Program-made: the position numbers and the translations under genes
The notes under the pieces: model-generated
Databases searched by the model: none
The model's input: the letters and a program-made list of their open reading frames with translations, nothing else
What the model was told of the DNA's origin: nothing
Assembly (NCBI GenBank): GCA_964016885.1
Contig: OZ024748.1
Span: 44,826,001 to 44,890,000 of the forward strand
DNA from: Eledone cirrhosa
Taxonomy: Eukaryota
Direction of reading: 5' to 3'
Length of the DNA stretch: 64,000 bases
In this document: one piece after another, positions 1 to 12,002 of the stretch
Layout: each line of letters begins with the position of its first letter
Numbering within the stretch: position 1 is the first letter of the stretch

Positions 1-84
1 GTAGCACTAGTAGCAGTGGTAGTAGTAGTAGCACTAGTACCACTAGTAGCAGTAGTAGTAGTAGTAGCAGTAGTAGTAGTAGAG

Positions 85-118
<34 letters not shown>

Positions 119-135
119 CAGTAGTAGTAGTAGAG

Positions 136-178
<43 letters not shown>

Positions 179-304
179 CATTAGTAGCACTAGTAGTAGT
201 AGTAGCAGTAGTAGTAGTAGTAGTAGCACTAGTAGCACTAGTAGCACTAGTAGTAGTAGTAGTAGTAGTAGTAGTAGCACTAGTAGTAGTAGTGGTAGTA
301 GTAA

Positions 305-355
<51 letters not shown>

Positions 356-418
356 CAGTAGTAGTAGTAGTAGTAGTAGTAGCACTAGTAGCACTAGTAG
401 TAGTAGTGGTAGTAGTAA

Positions 419-475
<57 letters not shown>

Positions 476-505
476 CACTAGTAGTAGTAGTAGTAGTAGT
501 AGCAC

Positions 506-541
<36 letters not shown>

Positions 542-643
542 CAGTAGTAGTAGTAGTAGCAGTAGTAGTAGTAGTAGCACTAGTAGCACTAGTAGTAGTA
601 GTGGTAGTAGTAATAGTAGTAGTAGTAGTAGTAGTAGTAGCAC

Positions 644-690
<47 letters not shown>

Positions 691-727
691 ACACTAGTGT
701 CACTAGTAGTAGTAGCACTAGTATCAC

Positions 728-772
<45 letters not shown>

Positions 773-775
773 CAC

Positions 776-838
<63 letters not shown>
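1..838. repeat. (GTA)n trinucleotide microsatellite with GCA/CTA interruptions
   Basis: Direct reading; the poly-Val ORF is a repeat artefact. Confidence 0.97.
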
Positions 839-957
839 ATTAACTGAAGAAGGACAGTTTTCACATGAGTGAATCTGTGACACAGAAACAACCAATCAAA
901 TCGTTGAATATGCTCACCCCCTCCCTTCGCCATATCCACCACACAACATCGTGTTGA

Positions 958-2026
958 CGACGACGACGACCACCACTACTACTGCCACCACCACCAGCAC
1001 TACTACAGCCACCACCACCACTACCACCACCACTATTACCACCACCACCACGACTACAGCCTCCACCACCACCACTACTACTACAACCACCACCACCACC
1101 ACCACCACCACCACCACCACTACCCCTACCACGACCATCACCACCACCACCACCACCACCATGACCACCACTACTACAATCACCACTACCACCGTAACCA
1201 CCACTACTACCACAACCACAACCACCACCACTACTACCACAACCACCACCACTACTACCACCACCACCACAACCACCACCACTACCCCTACCACGACAAT
1301 CACCACTACTACCACAACCACAACCACCACCACTACTACCACCACCACCACCACCACAACCATCACTACCCCTACCACGACAATCACCACTACTACCACA
1401 ACCACAACCACCACCACTACTACCACCACCACCACCACCACAACCATCACTACCCCTACCACGACAATCACCACTACTACCACAACCACAACCACAACCA
1501 CTACTTCCACCACCACCACCACCACCACAACCACCACCACTACCACCATCACCACCACCAACACCACCACAGACACCACCACACCCAGCACCATGACCAC
1601 CACTACCACCACCATGACCACCACTACCACCACCATGACCACCACTACCACCACCATGACCACCACTACCACCACCATGACCACCACTACCACCACCATG
1701 ACCACCACTACGACCACACCACCGCCATCGCCACCACTACCACCACAATCACCACCACCGCAACCACCACCACCACTACCACCACCATGACCACCGCTAC
1801 GACCATGACCACCACCACCACCACCACCACCACCACCACCACCACCACCACCACCACCACCACCACCACCACCACCACCATCACCACCGCCACAGACACC
1901 ACCACTACCACCACCATGACCACTACACTACCACCACCACACCACCACCACCACTACCACCACCACCATCACCACTATAACCACCATCACCATCACCACT
2001 ACCACAAACAGCATGATGACGACCAG

Positions 2027-2092
<66 letters not shown>
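958..2092. repeat. (ACC)n/(ACT)n compound microsatellite
   Basis: Direct reading; the poly-Thr/His ORFs are artefacts. Confidence 0.95.
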
Positions 2093-2093
<1 letters not shown>

Positions 2094-2274
2094 GTTACAG
2101 TTGAAGGACCATGTTGGTTGCATCTGCTGTCATGCAACAGTTGCAAGTGTCAAGTGCAGAACTGCAGCAACAAAACTGACAAAATATTGCATCAAAACAG
2201 AGTTCTGCTAACACTGTTAACCTCCTTTCTCAGTTTTGACACCACCATGCACATTATTGCACATTACTCCACAT

Positions 2275-3120
2275 TACTGCACATTGCTGCACATTTACAC
2301 CACAGCTAATGTACATCTACACCACAGCTACTGCACATGGACACCACAGTTACTGCACATCTACACCACAGTTACTGCACATTTACACCACAGTTACTGC
2401 ACATCTACACCACAGTTACTGCACATTTACACCACAGCTACTGCACATCTACACCACAGTTACTGCACATTTACACCACAGCTACTGCACATCTACACCA
2501 CAGTTACTACACATTTACACCACAGTTACTGCACATCTACACCACAGTTACTGCACATTTACACCACAGCTACTGCAGATCTACACCACAGTTACTGCAC
2601 ATTTACACCACAGCTACTGCACATCTACACCACAGTTACTGTACATTTACACCATAGTTACTGCACATCTACACCACAGTTACTGCACATCTACACCACA
2701 GTTACTGCACATTTACACCACAGTTACTGCACATCTACACCACAGTTACTGTACATTTACACCATAGTTACTGCACATCTACACCACAGTTACTGCACAT
2801 CTACACCACAGCTACTGCACATCTACACCACAGTTACTGCACATCTGCACCACAGTTACTGCACATGGGCACCACAGTTACTTCACATCGACACCACAGT
2901 TACTGCACATCTACACCACCGTTACTGCATATTGTTGCACATCTACACCACAGTTACTGCAATTTACACCGCAGTCACTGCACATCTAAACCGCAGACAC
3001 TGCACATATCTGCACATCTACACCACAGCTACTGCATATTGTTGCACATCTACATCAGAGTTACTGCACATTGCTGCGCACCTACACTAGTTACTGCACA
3101 TCTACACCATAGTTACTGCA
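2275..3120. repeat. 22-bp minisatellite (TACTGCACATYTACACCACAGT)n
   Basis: Tandem units visible; 22-aa periodicity in the translated frames. Confidence 0.92.
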
Positions 3121-3337
3121 CCCAACATCAGCATCATCAATGACACGAGCACACACAGCATAGAAAGGTTGTATGTATAAATATATGTATGTATGTACGT
3201 ATGTATGTATGTATGTATGTATGTATGTATGTATGTATGTATGTATGTATGTATATAGGTATGTATGTATGTATGTATGTATGTATGTATGTATGTATGT
3301 ATGTATGTATGTATGTATGTATGTATATATGTATGTA

Positions 3338-3741
3338 TGTTACCAGTTGGTGCTACTGGTAACATGTATCCCAGTACAACCTGTATCATGGTCGGGTCGT
3401 TGGCGACTAAACTGGCAACCCCACCAAGGTTTTCTTGGTGAGGAGGGTGACTTTGGACATCGTGCAGGATTAAAAAGAAAACCTGTCAAAGAAGAGTCAA
3501 TGGCCATCCAAATTCACTGGGAGAGATGACCCCTTAGCCTTTGTCAAGGCCGAATTCTAGGAGAAGGAAAACTCTGATATAACACCTGCAGCCCTGATGG
3601 TATCCAATGATGTTGACTTGTTCTTCTTTTTGGTAAATATCATCTTGGTTAAAAAGTCACATTCGTTCAGCGCATCGGTAGGGGTTCTCCTACATGGATA
3701 TAAAGTAGTGGCCGTACTCGAAAACGAGTTGGCAGCCACCA
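3338..3741 (+). mobile_element. Non-autonomous RTE-derived element, copy 1 (internal deletion of about 190 bp)
   Basis: Near-identical to 3813-4165, 26361-26816 and 28822-29400(-); carries the CTAGGAGAAGGAAAACTCTGA motif and the 3' stem-loop GGCCGTACTCGAAAACGAGTTGGCAGCC followed by (ATGT)n. Confidence 0.75.
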
Positions 3742-3812
3742 TGTATGTATGTATGTATGTATGTATGTATGTATGTATGTATGTATGTATGTATGTATGT
3801 ATGTATGTATGT

Positions 3813-4165
3813 ATATAACACCTGCAACCCTGATGGTATCCAATGATGCTGACTTGTTCTTCTTTTTGGTAAATATCATCTTGGTTAAGAGAGTGGGACT
3901 GGCTTTGTGCAGTGCCTTTGCTCACTATAAAAGCTTCACGGCACAGGCATTGCTTTATATCTGGAGATCTCTCTGCACTTGTCGTCACATGGTACCGTGG
4001 GCCCAGCACTATGTGTCAATAATTGTCACAAGTGTAGTGTTTGTACCAGAGTTTTCAAGTCGCTGGCTGGACTAAAAAGTCACACTCGTTCAGCGCATCG
4101 GTAGGGGTTCTCCTACATGGATATAAAGTAGTGGCCGTACTCGAAAACGAGTTGGCAGCCACCAT
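3813..4165 (+). mobile_element. Non-autonomous RTE-derived element, copy 2 (5'-truncated)
   Basis: Same family; encodes a C2H2-like remnant CSVCTRVFKSLAGLKSH. Confidence 0.75.
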
Positions 4166-4182
4166 GTTTGTATGTATGTATG

Positions 4183-4523
4183 CTGTTGTACTTCCAGACG
4201 GCGAGGGTCCTCCTATGGTGCTGACATGCAGCGTCTGTGCGAGACTCTGCCTAAGCAAAGCTGGACTCGAAAGTCATCTTCGCAGTCATAAAGTAGGACC
4301 AGTGGTTGACTACCAGGCTGCTGTTGGAGATGCTACTCATTATGCTTGCCAAGCATGTGGTAGAGAATGTAAATCAGCAGGAGGGCTCAAACGACATGCA
4401 AATGTGCACGAACTCCAACCACAGCCGACTATTCCCAGTAAATGTTTTGGTTGCCGAATCTGTGCAAGACATTTTAGATCATTGGCTGGGCTAAAAAGCC
4501 ACATTCGATCGCAGCGCTGTTAG
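4183..4523 (+). mobile_element. 3' fragment of an RTE-type LINE ORF with three C2H2 zinc-finger motifs
   Basis: CSVCARLCLSKAGLESH, CQACGRECKSAGGLKRH and CRICARHFRSLAGLKSH; a matching 3' stem-loop lies at 4760-4792. Confidence 0.65.
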
Positions 4524-4990
4524 TTGCTATCGTGTGTGTGTGTGTGTGTGTGTGTAAAGATATGTTTATGTGTGTGCGCGTGTGTGTGTATATATATATG
4601 CATATTATTATTGTAGTACCAGTAATACACTGGGATAATTGCTGGCCTTGTGCCTAAAATAGAAACAATTATTGTTGTTGTCGTTATTATTATTGTTGTT
4701 GTTGTTATTATTATTATTATTGTTATTAATATATATATATTTTTTTTTTTTCTCGTGCAATGGCCATACTCCATAACGAGGCGGCAGCCATTATGTATGT
4801 ATGTGCGTCTGTGTGTGTAAGTATGGGTGTGTGTCTCTGTGTGTGTAAGTATGTATGGGTGTGCGTATGTGCATGTGTAAGTATGTATGTATGTGCGTAT
4901 GTATCTGTAAGGTTAAGACCTTTTTCTTGGTATTTCAAGTGTTAACCTAATATATTCCTTGCATATACTGTACCAATTGTGTTTACCTTT

Positions 4991-5099
<109 letters not shown>

Positions 5100-5587
5100 A
5101 ATATGGGGAGAAGAATACTGCATGGTTGCACATGGATTACATGTTATAAAATGAGTCCCTCATCAGTGATTTGCCAACGATCATTGGTATTTCATCGCAT
5201 AAAAATCAATACACACACACAGATAAATCTACCAATCAATGGTAGGGTCCAAGCCGTATGAAGAACTCAATGTATTCCGCATGTAGCAGATGTCGTGAAG
5301 CAATGTTTAAAATACAAAATTTGAACGATATAATTCATTGGAAGCAGAGTAAAAATAATACAAATAGTGAAAACACTGAAATTAAACAAATACATATGTC
5401 TTCCCTACCCACCGTCTTCTGAAAATGGCGGGTAGGGAAGACGTATGTATATTTTCTTACTTTGATAATTTGTAATATATTTTACATAGATCACTAATAG
5501 AATTTACATACGGAGAACTACCCCCCAGAAACGATCGTAAAATAATGAGTTTTACTATTTGTTTAATTTCATTGTTTTCACTATTTG

Positions 5588-5634
<47 letters not shown>

Positions 5635-6177
5635 GACTTGGGGGCGGCCGACCGAACTAGAAACTGCTAAATGTGTGGCCCCCTTCTAGTCACTCTGCTT
5701 TACAGCCCCATGGATTATATTCCTTTAAATTTCGAATATCTGATGATGTCACCGTATTCATACTGAACCCGGTCATTGAAATGTTCATAGTATAATAAAA
5801 CTTTTAAGGAATTACACCAGTCCAGCCTCCTGTTATCTTATAATAATTAACTCAGTACTCGCACCACCAACAACACAAACGAAGACGGGTGAGTTGCATT
5901 ACGTCGAGTGCTCTCCCTAATATTACATCGAGGTTGGCCATACGGAATGACCAGTTCTATCCAGTGGTTAACCACCAAACATGAATAAATATATATATAT
6001 ATATATATATATGGTATTAGGATTGGTGCTCTGATACATCGCTATTTCAGAGCGCGAATACTAATACCTAATTTTTTGCTGGACCGGCAATCGCTCTGTA
6101 TAATCAGCTCCTGATTATTACAAGAATTCTATAAGAATCCAGCTTCTATAATTTTCGGCGGAAGCAGGGGAGTACGT

Positions 6178-6219
6178 GGCTCTAATGAACGCCAACCAGC
6201 GTGAAACAGACTGTCAGCT
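6178..6219 (+). ncRNA. Hammerhead ribozyme motif, degenerate (CTAATGA core)
   Basis: GCT-CTAATGA-ACGC caacca GCGT-GAAACAG a CTGTC-AGC. Confidence 0.55.
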
Positions 6220-6325
6220 TCTCTCCCTTCTTTCGCCGAAAAGAAGTAAGTGACATCGTCACTACTTTAAAACTGAATTTTTTAATTAAACATACGGTAT
6301 ATTGCCAAATATACCATATATATAT

Positions 6326-6401
<76 letters not shown>

Positions 6402-6915
6402 AATTAAAATACTAGAGTGTGTTGGAGTTAAACACCCTCTTCATATTATAGAAATGACAGTATAAGATATAGCTCAATGTAATTAAACAGAGCCGATATA
6501 TTATACTGTAAACAATATATATATATATATATTTAAATACTTAATAAGTGTTAGTTTGTGTTTGTACTAATGTATATATGTATAAATATATATATATATG
6601 TATATATAAAGCTTTTTATTGTCACTATCTATTATATTATATTATATATTATATTCTATTCTATATCGTACTGTAATTATCGCTTTATATTACCATTTAT
6701 GTTTCAAGTTTTTGCATTATATAATATTTACAATGTGGGTTCAACATGTTAATCACTTCCTTGCTATTTGGTCTATATCTATGTTTGTAACTGCTCGCTC
6801 TTAATCTTAACCTACTTTTCCTTGATATCCTTCCTAGGCTTTAATAGATGTATACTCCATATTCTTCTGAGTTTTTGGCTTGTATTGGCCGATAGTGCTT
6901 CTTGTAGCTTTACTT

Positions 6916-6953
6916 GCCCTGATGAGTCCTTAATAGGACGAAACATTGTTGGC
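6916..6953 (+). ncRNA. Minimal type I hammerhead ribozyme
   Basis: GCC-CTGATGA-GTCCT taat AGGAC-GAAAC att GTT-GGC: canonical core with stems I-III. Confidence 0.8.
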
Positions 6954-7113
6954 TAATAAAGACTTTTGATGTATTGAAGGCTTCTTTAGTTTATTTTTTA
7001 TATATATATATATATAGTGGTAGAACACTGGAAGGTAATATCCGTAGTGGTAGAGCACTCAGTCCATGGGACGAGTTAGGTAGAAGTGGTTACACAACAG
7101 TTAGTTCACCATA

Positions 7114-7153
7114 CCGAGAACAATTGTTTCACCTTAGCGGATCCTCAGCTCGG
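7114..7153 (-). ncRNA. Minimal hammerhead ribozyme (left arm of fold-back)
   Basis: Reverse complement of 7237-7276. Confidence 0.75.
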
Positions 7154-7236
7154 AGTGGGCATGGTTATAGGAACAACCGTACAAATGCGCATGCGCAGAA
7201 ACCCGGTCACTTCACACAGGCAATTCTATGCCCATT

Positions 7237-7276
7237 CCGAGCTGAGGATCCGCTAAGGTGAAACAATTGTTCTCGG
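7237..7276 (+). ncRNA. Minimal type I hammerhead ribozyme with palindromic stem III
   Basis: CCGAG-CTGAGGA-TCC gctaa GGT-GAAAC aatt GTT-CTCGG. Confidence 0.75.
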
Positions 7277-7304
7277 TATGGTGAACTAACTGTTGTGAAA
7301 CCAC

Positions 7305-7365
<61 letters not shown>

Positions 7366-7368
7366 TCC

Positions 7369-7835
7369 GAATGACTGGTTAGAGCGTCGGGCATACAATC
7401 CTGACATTGTGAGTTCGATTCTCGGACCGAGCTTGAGCAAGACTTATTATTTCATGAGGGCGGTGGATTGGCAGTATCGGTAGAGGGTCGGACGCCATGC
7501 TTTCCAGCATAGTTACGTCCCTTTACAACCTTTACAATCTGAGTTCAAATCCCGCCGAGGTTGACTTTGCCTTTCATCCTTACGGGGTCGATAAAATAAA
7601 GTACCAGTAATGCACTGGGTAATTGCTGGCCTTGTGCCTAAAGTAGAAACAATTATTTCATGTTGCTGGTGCCAAGCTGTATCAGCCATTACCTTTCCCT
7701 TGGACAATATCAGTGGTGTGGAAAGGTGAGACTACTGGTCTTCCAAAAACCCCCTTGCACGGACTTGTGCCTTGGTGAGGAACTTTCTTGGTTCAAATCT
7801 CATGGTCATTCGTGACCGAAGGAGGTCGTTACCCT
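7369..7835 (+). mobile_element. tRNA-derived SINE interrupted by a second SINE (7457-7651) with an 11-bp TSD
   Basis: B boxes GAGTTCGATTC and GAGTTCAAATCCC; ATTATTTCATG duplicated at 7446-7456 and 7652-7662. Confidence 0.75.
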
Positions 7836-8495
7836 AATATATTGAATAAGTTGTTTTCAAATACTAAAGCAGATAAAGATACCTGAAGAAGTTTTTACAG
7901 CTCAAAATATTAGATTTATTACAGTAAACTACTAAGTCTAAATGTGTGAACTTCTTAATACAAATGTTGAAGTAGACTCACAGAGAAAATATTACATTGA
8001 AAATATGACCAAAGATTTAATTATATCCATATTTTAATTAACGCATGTTTCTTCAGAAGAAACGTGCATTAATTAAAATGATATAATTAACAGTCTTAAT
8101 AGATATGGAAGCTAATAAAAATCAATGAGGAACACGGAGAATAACATATCTCAATAACAATATATTAGCCTAACACTGAAAATGAAAGACTAAAAATGTC
8201 TTAACGTTTCGGATGCTGGTCCTTCATTTAAAAGGAAATTACAGAAACAAGAGTAGGAGAAAAGAAAAGGACTGAGTAAAAACAAAATACAAAGAAAAAA
8301 AAATACTGTGCATATATTTGAATGTCAGTAGAGATTAACAAGTTTGGCCTATGATAGAAAAATCTATGTGCTTATATGATAGATCAGATAGTTAGGGGCC
8401 ATTCTGGTGTAATTTTTAATATGGTTGCTCAGCTTCTGTTGAATCTTAGGTTGTATTTGTATATGTATTATATAAGTTTACACTAAGATCCCTGC

Positions 8496-8527
<32 letters not shown>

Positions 8528-8548
8528 CATACATATATATATATATTT

Positions 8549-8764
8549 CAGGAACGATCGACTTTCGTCAAATCGGACCGAGGGAACAATGTTTCCGTTG
8601 GTCTTTCCAATTGCTAATACTAGCTGTCGGTCGCAACTCCAGGTAGAAGGAGCAACGTGAAATAAAGTGTCTTGCTCAAGGACATAACGCATCGCCTGGT
8701 CCAGGAATCGAACTCACAACCTTACGATTGCGAATCCAATTCCCTAACCACTCAGCCACACGCC

Positions 8765-8768
<4 letters not shown>
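8549..8768 (-). mobile_element. tRNA-derived SINE with a CORE-like body
   Basis: A box TGGCTGAGTGG, B box GAGTTCGATTCC and TGTCCTTGAGCAAGACACTT; sister copy at 9721-9933. Confidence 0.8.
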
Positions 8769-8859
<91 letters not shown>

Positions 8860-9218
8860 ATATACATACATTATATATACTAGCAGAAAAACCACCCTTT
8901 AGGTGGTTTTCTCCTAGCATGTGTAGTGTGTGTATTGATATTATATGCAGGTACATATACATGTAGATATGATACAGCAAATAAAATCGTAATTGACAAT
9001 ATATAATACACAGAAATTGAACGAAGACTGCGTTACACTGTCTTATGTAATCAGTAACGTAATCCATAATACATTTAAAAAAAAAAGATATTATATATCT
9101 GCTAGCATGTGTAGTGTGTATATTGATATTATACGCATGTAGATATGATCAAATAAAATTTAATGAACAGCCACGAAATTTAGTAGATAAATGATGTAAT
9201 ATTCATTCATTATTTATT

Positions 9219-9488
9219 TACGGGGTCGATAAAATAAAGTACCAGTAATGCACTGAGTAATTTGCTGGCCTTGTGCCTAAAGTAGAAACAATTATTTATT
9301 CATGAATTGGCAGTATTGGTAAAGGGTCAGGCATGCTTTCCAGCGTAGTTTCGTCCCTTTACGATCTGAGTTCAAATCCCGCCGAGGTTAACTTTGCCTT
9401 TCATCCTTATGGGGTCGATAAAATAAAGTACCAGTAATACACTGCGTATTTGCTGGCCTTGTGCCAAAAGTAGAAACAATTATTTATT
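9219..9488 (+). mobile_element. Tandem SINE copies (GAGTTCAAATCCCGCCGAGG family)
   Basis: Matches 7457-7651, 24755-24920 and 27570-27702. Confidence 0.75.
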
Positions 9489-9600
9489 CAAAGTAATCCA
9501 ACTTATTTTACAAACGGGATAAAAAATTATAAACTGTACGTAGTCCCGCGCTTTTTACTTTATTATATATATATATATATATATAAGTATAGACATGCAC

Positions 9601-9636
<36 letters not shown>

Positions 9637-9720
9637 GTATGCACATACACACATAGATAAATATACATGTACATAAATGTATATATATATATATATATAT
9701 ATAAATGAAAGGTATATATA

Positions 9721-9933
9721 CAGGATCGACATTCGTCAAATCGGACCGAGGAAACAATGTTTCCGTTGGTCTTTCCAGTTGCTAGTGCTATCTATCGGTC
9801 GCAACTCCAGGTAGAAGGAGCAATGTGAAATAAAGTGTCTTGCTCAAGGACATAACGCATCTCCCGCTCCAAGAATCGAACTTACAACATTATGATTGTG
9901 AATCCAATTCTCTAACCACTCAGCCACACGCCT
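9721..9933 (-). mobile_element. tRNA-derived SINE, sister of 8549-8768
   Basis: High identity by eye. Confidence 0.8.
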
Positions 9934-9981
9934 ATATATGTATATATATGTATGTGTACACACACACACACGCACACACAC

Positions 9982-10084
<103 letters not shown>

Positions 10085-10133
10085 CACACACACACGCACA
10101 CACACACACACGCACACACACACGCACACACGC

Positions 10134-10180
<47 letters not shown>

Positions 10181-10320
10181 CATATATGGCAAGGACTTTC
10201 ATAACAAATTTATATATGACACACATATGCATGTGTGTATGTGTGTATATATATATATATATACACACACATGTGCATGTCTATACGTGTGTATATGTAT
10301 ATATATATATATACATATAC

Positions 10321-10374
<54 letters not shown>

Positions 10375-10619
10375 GTGCATGTCTATACCTGTATATATAT
10401 ACCTGTATATATATACCTGTTTATATATACCTGTATATATATACCTGTATCTCTCTCTCTCTCTCTCTCCCTCTCTCTATATATATATATATAGACTTAC
10501 CTGTAATGCAGGCTATTTTGTCCTACATCTTTCACACCTGTGTTGTTTCCTATCTGCTGAATCACTCCATACCAACGCTGTCAGCTACCCCGGGTCGTGT
10601 GAGAGAATAGATAACAACA

Positions 10620-11895
10620 CTGTCCCCCACCTCTGTCACTGTCACCAACACCACCACCACCACCACCACCACCACCACCAACACCACCAGCTCCACCACC
10701 ACCACCACCACCACCACCAACACCACCAGCTCCACCACCACCACCACCAGCTCCACCACCACCACCACCACCACCACCACCACCATCACCACAAACACCA
10801 CCAACACCACCATCACCCCTATCATCAGCTCCACCAACACGACCACCACCACCAGCGCCACAAGCCCCACCACCACCACCACCACCACCGCCTCCACCAC
10901 CGCCTCCACCAACACCACCACCACTGCCTCCACCAACACCAGCACCACTAGATCCACAACCACCACCACCACCACCAACACCAGCACCACCACCACCAAC
11001 ACCAGCACCACTAGACCCACAACCACCGCCACCACCACCACCACCACCACCAACACCACCACCAACACCACCACCACCACCACCAACACCAGCACCACTA
11101 GACCCACAACCACCGCCACCATCACCAACACCACCAGCTCCCCTGCCTCCACCACCAGCACCAACACCACCAGCTCCACCACCACCACCACCACCACCAT
11201 CACCACCTCCACTACCACAACCGCCGCCGCCACCACCACCAGCGCCAACACCCCCCCCCCCCCATCACCACCACCGCCTCCCCTTCCACCATCAGCACCA
11301 CCACAGCCACCAACATACACAAGCAGACATACATAGCCACGGACACAAAACACATACACTTACACACATGCACACACGCACACACAGACACACACAACAC
11401 ACAACACACAGACACTTACACACATGTACACATACACACACATGCACACATACACACAGACGTGCACACACACACTCTTTTACATAGATGGATACCCACT
11501 TATGTATACAAACAGACAATCATAAACATGCATAAATAAATAAACATTTACATACACATACATGCATACATAGACACACACACACACACACATACACATG
11601 CACAAACACACACACAGATACATGGACACATAGACAAATACATACACACACACACATACACAAACACCATACAGGATACATGCATACATAGATACCAAAA
11701 TACGCAAACACATACACAAACACACATACAGATACATGCATACATAGCCACATACATGCTCACACACAGATATATAGATACACGCATATACAGACATATA
11801 CATGCACACACATATACACATATTTTGATACATAAGCACATACATACATACACACGCATAGTTATATAACTAGGAATTCAATTCACCCACTACTA

Positions 11896-11947
<52 letters not shown>

Positions 11948-12000
11948 AACCACCACCACCACCACCACTACTACCCCACCCCCACCACTACCACCACCAC
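10620..12000. repeat. (ACC)n, (CA)n-rich and (ACT)n low-complexity tract
   Basis: Direct reading. Confidence 0.9.
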
Positions 12001-12002
12001 CC

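Noticed and set aside
905-955. TMLCGGYGEGR followed by a GTGAG donor on the minus strand, resembling a trypsin MLCAGY motif
   Set aside because: Too short, no acceptor site and no other protease exons found
16-2146. Long poly-Val/Thr/His ORFs (mucin-like)
   Set aside because: Stop-free frames of trinucleotide microsatellites; no signal peptide or unique domain
3365-3460. HDV-like or twister ribozyme in the RTE-derived leader
   Set aside because: Partial resemblance only (CCAGT/CTAAACTGG, GAGGAGGGT); the required L3 and L4 motifs could not be fitted
4041-4523. Host C2H2 zinc-finger gene
   Set aside because: No TGEKP linkers; the SLAGLKSH-type fingers and 3' stem-loop match RTE ends elsewhere in the window
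8690-8768. tRNA gene
   Set aside because: A/B boxes run into a SINE body and no full cloverleaf was evident
10494-10620. Strong CAG|GTAAGT donor on the minus strand suggesting an exon
   Set aside because: No convincing acceptor or recognisable reading frame
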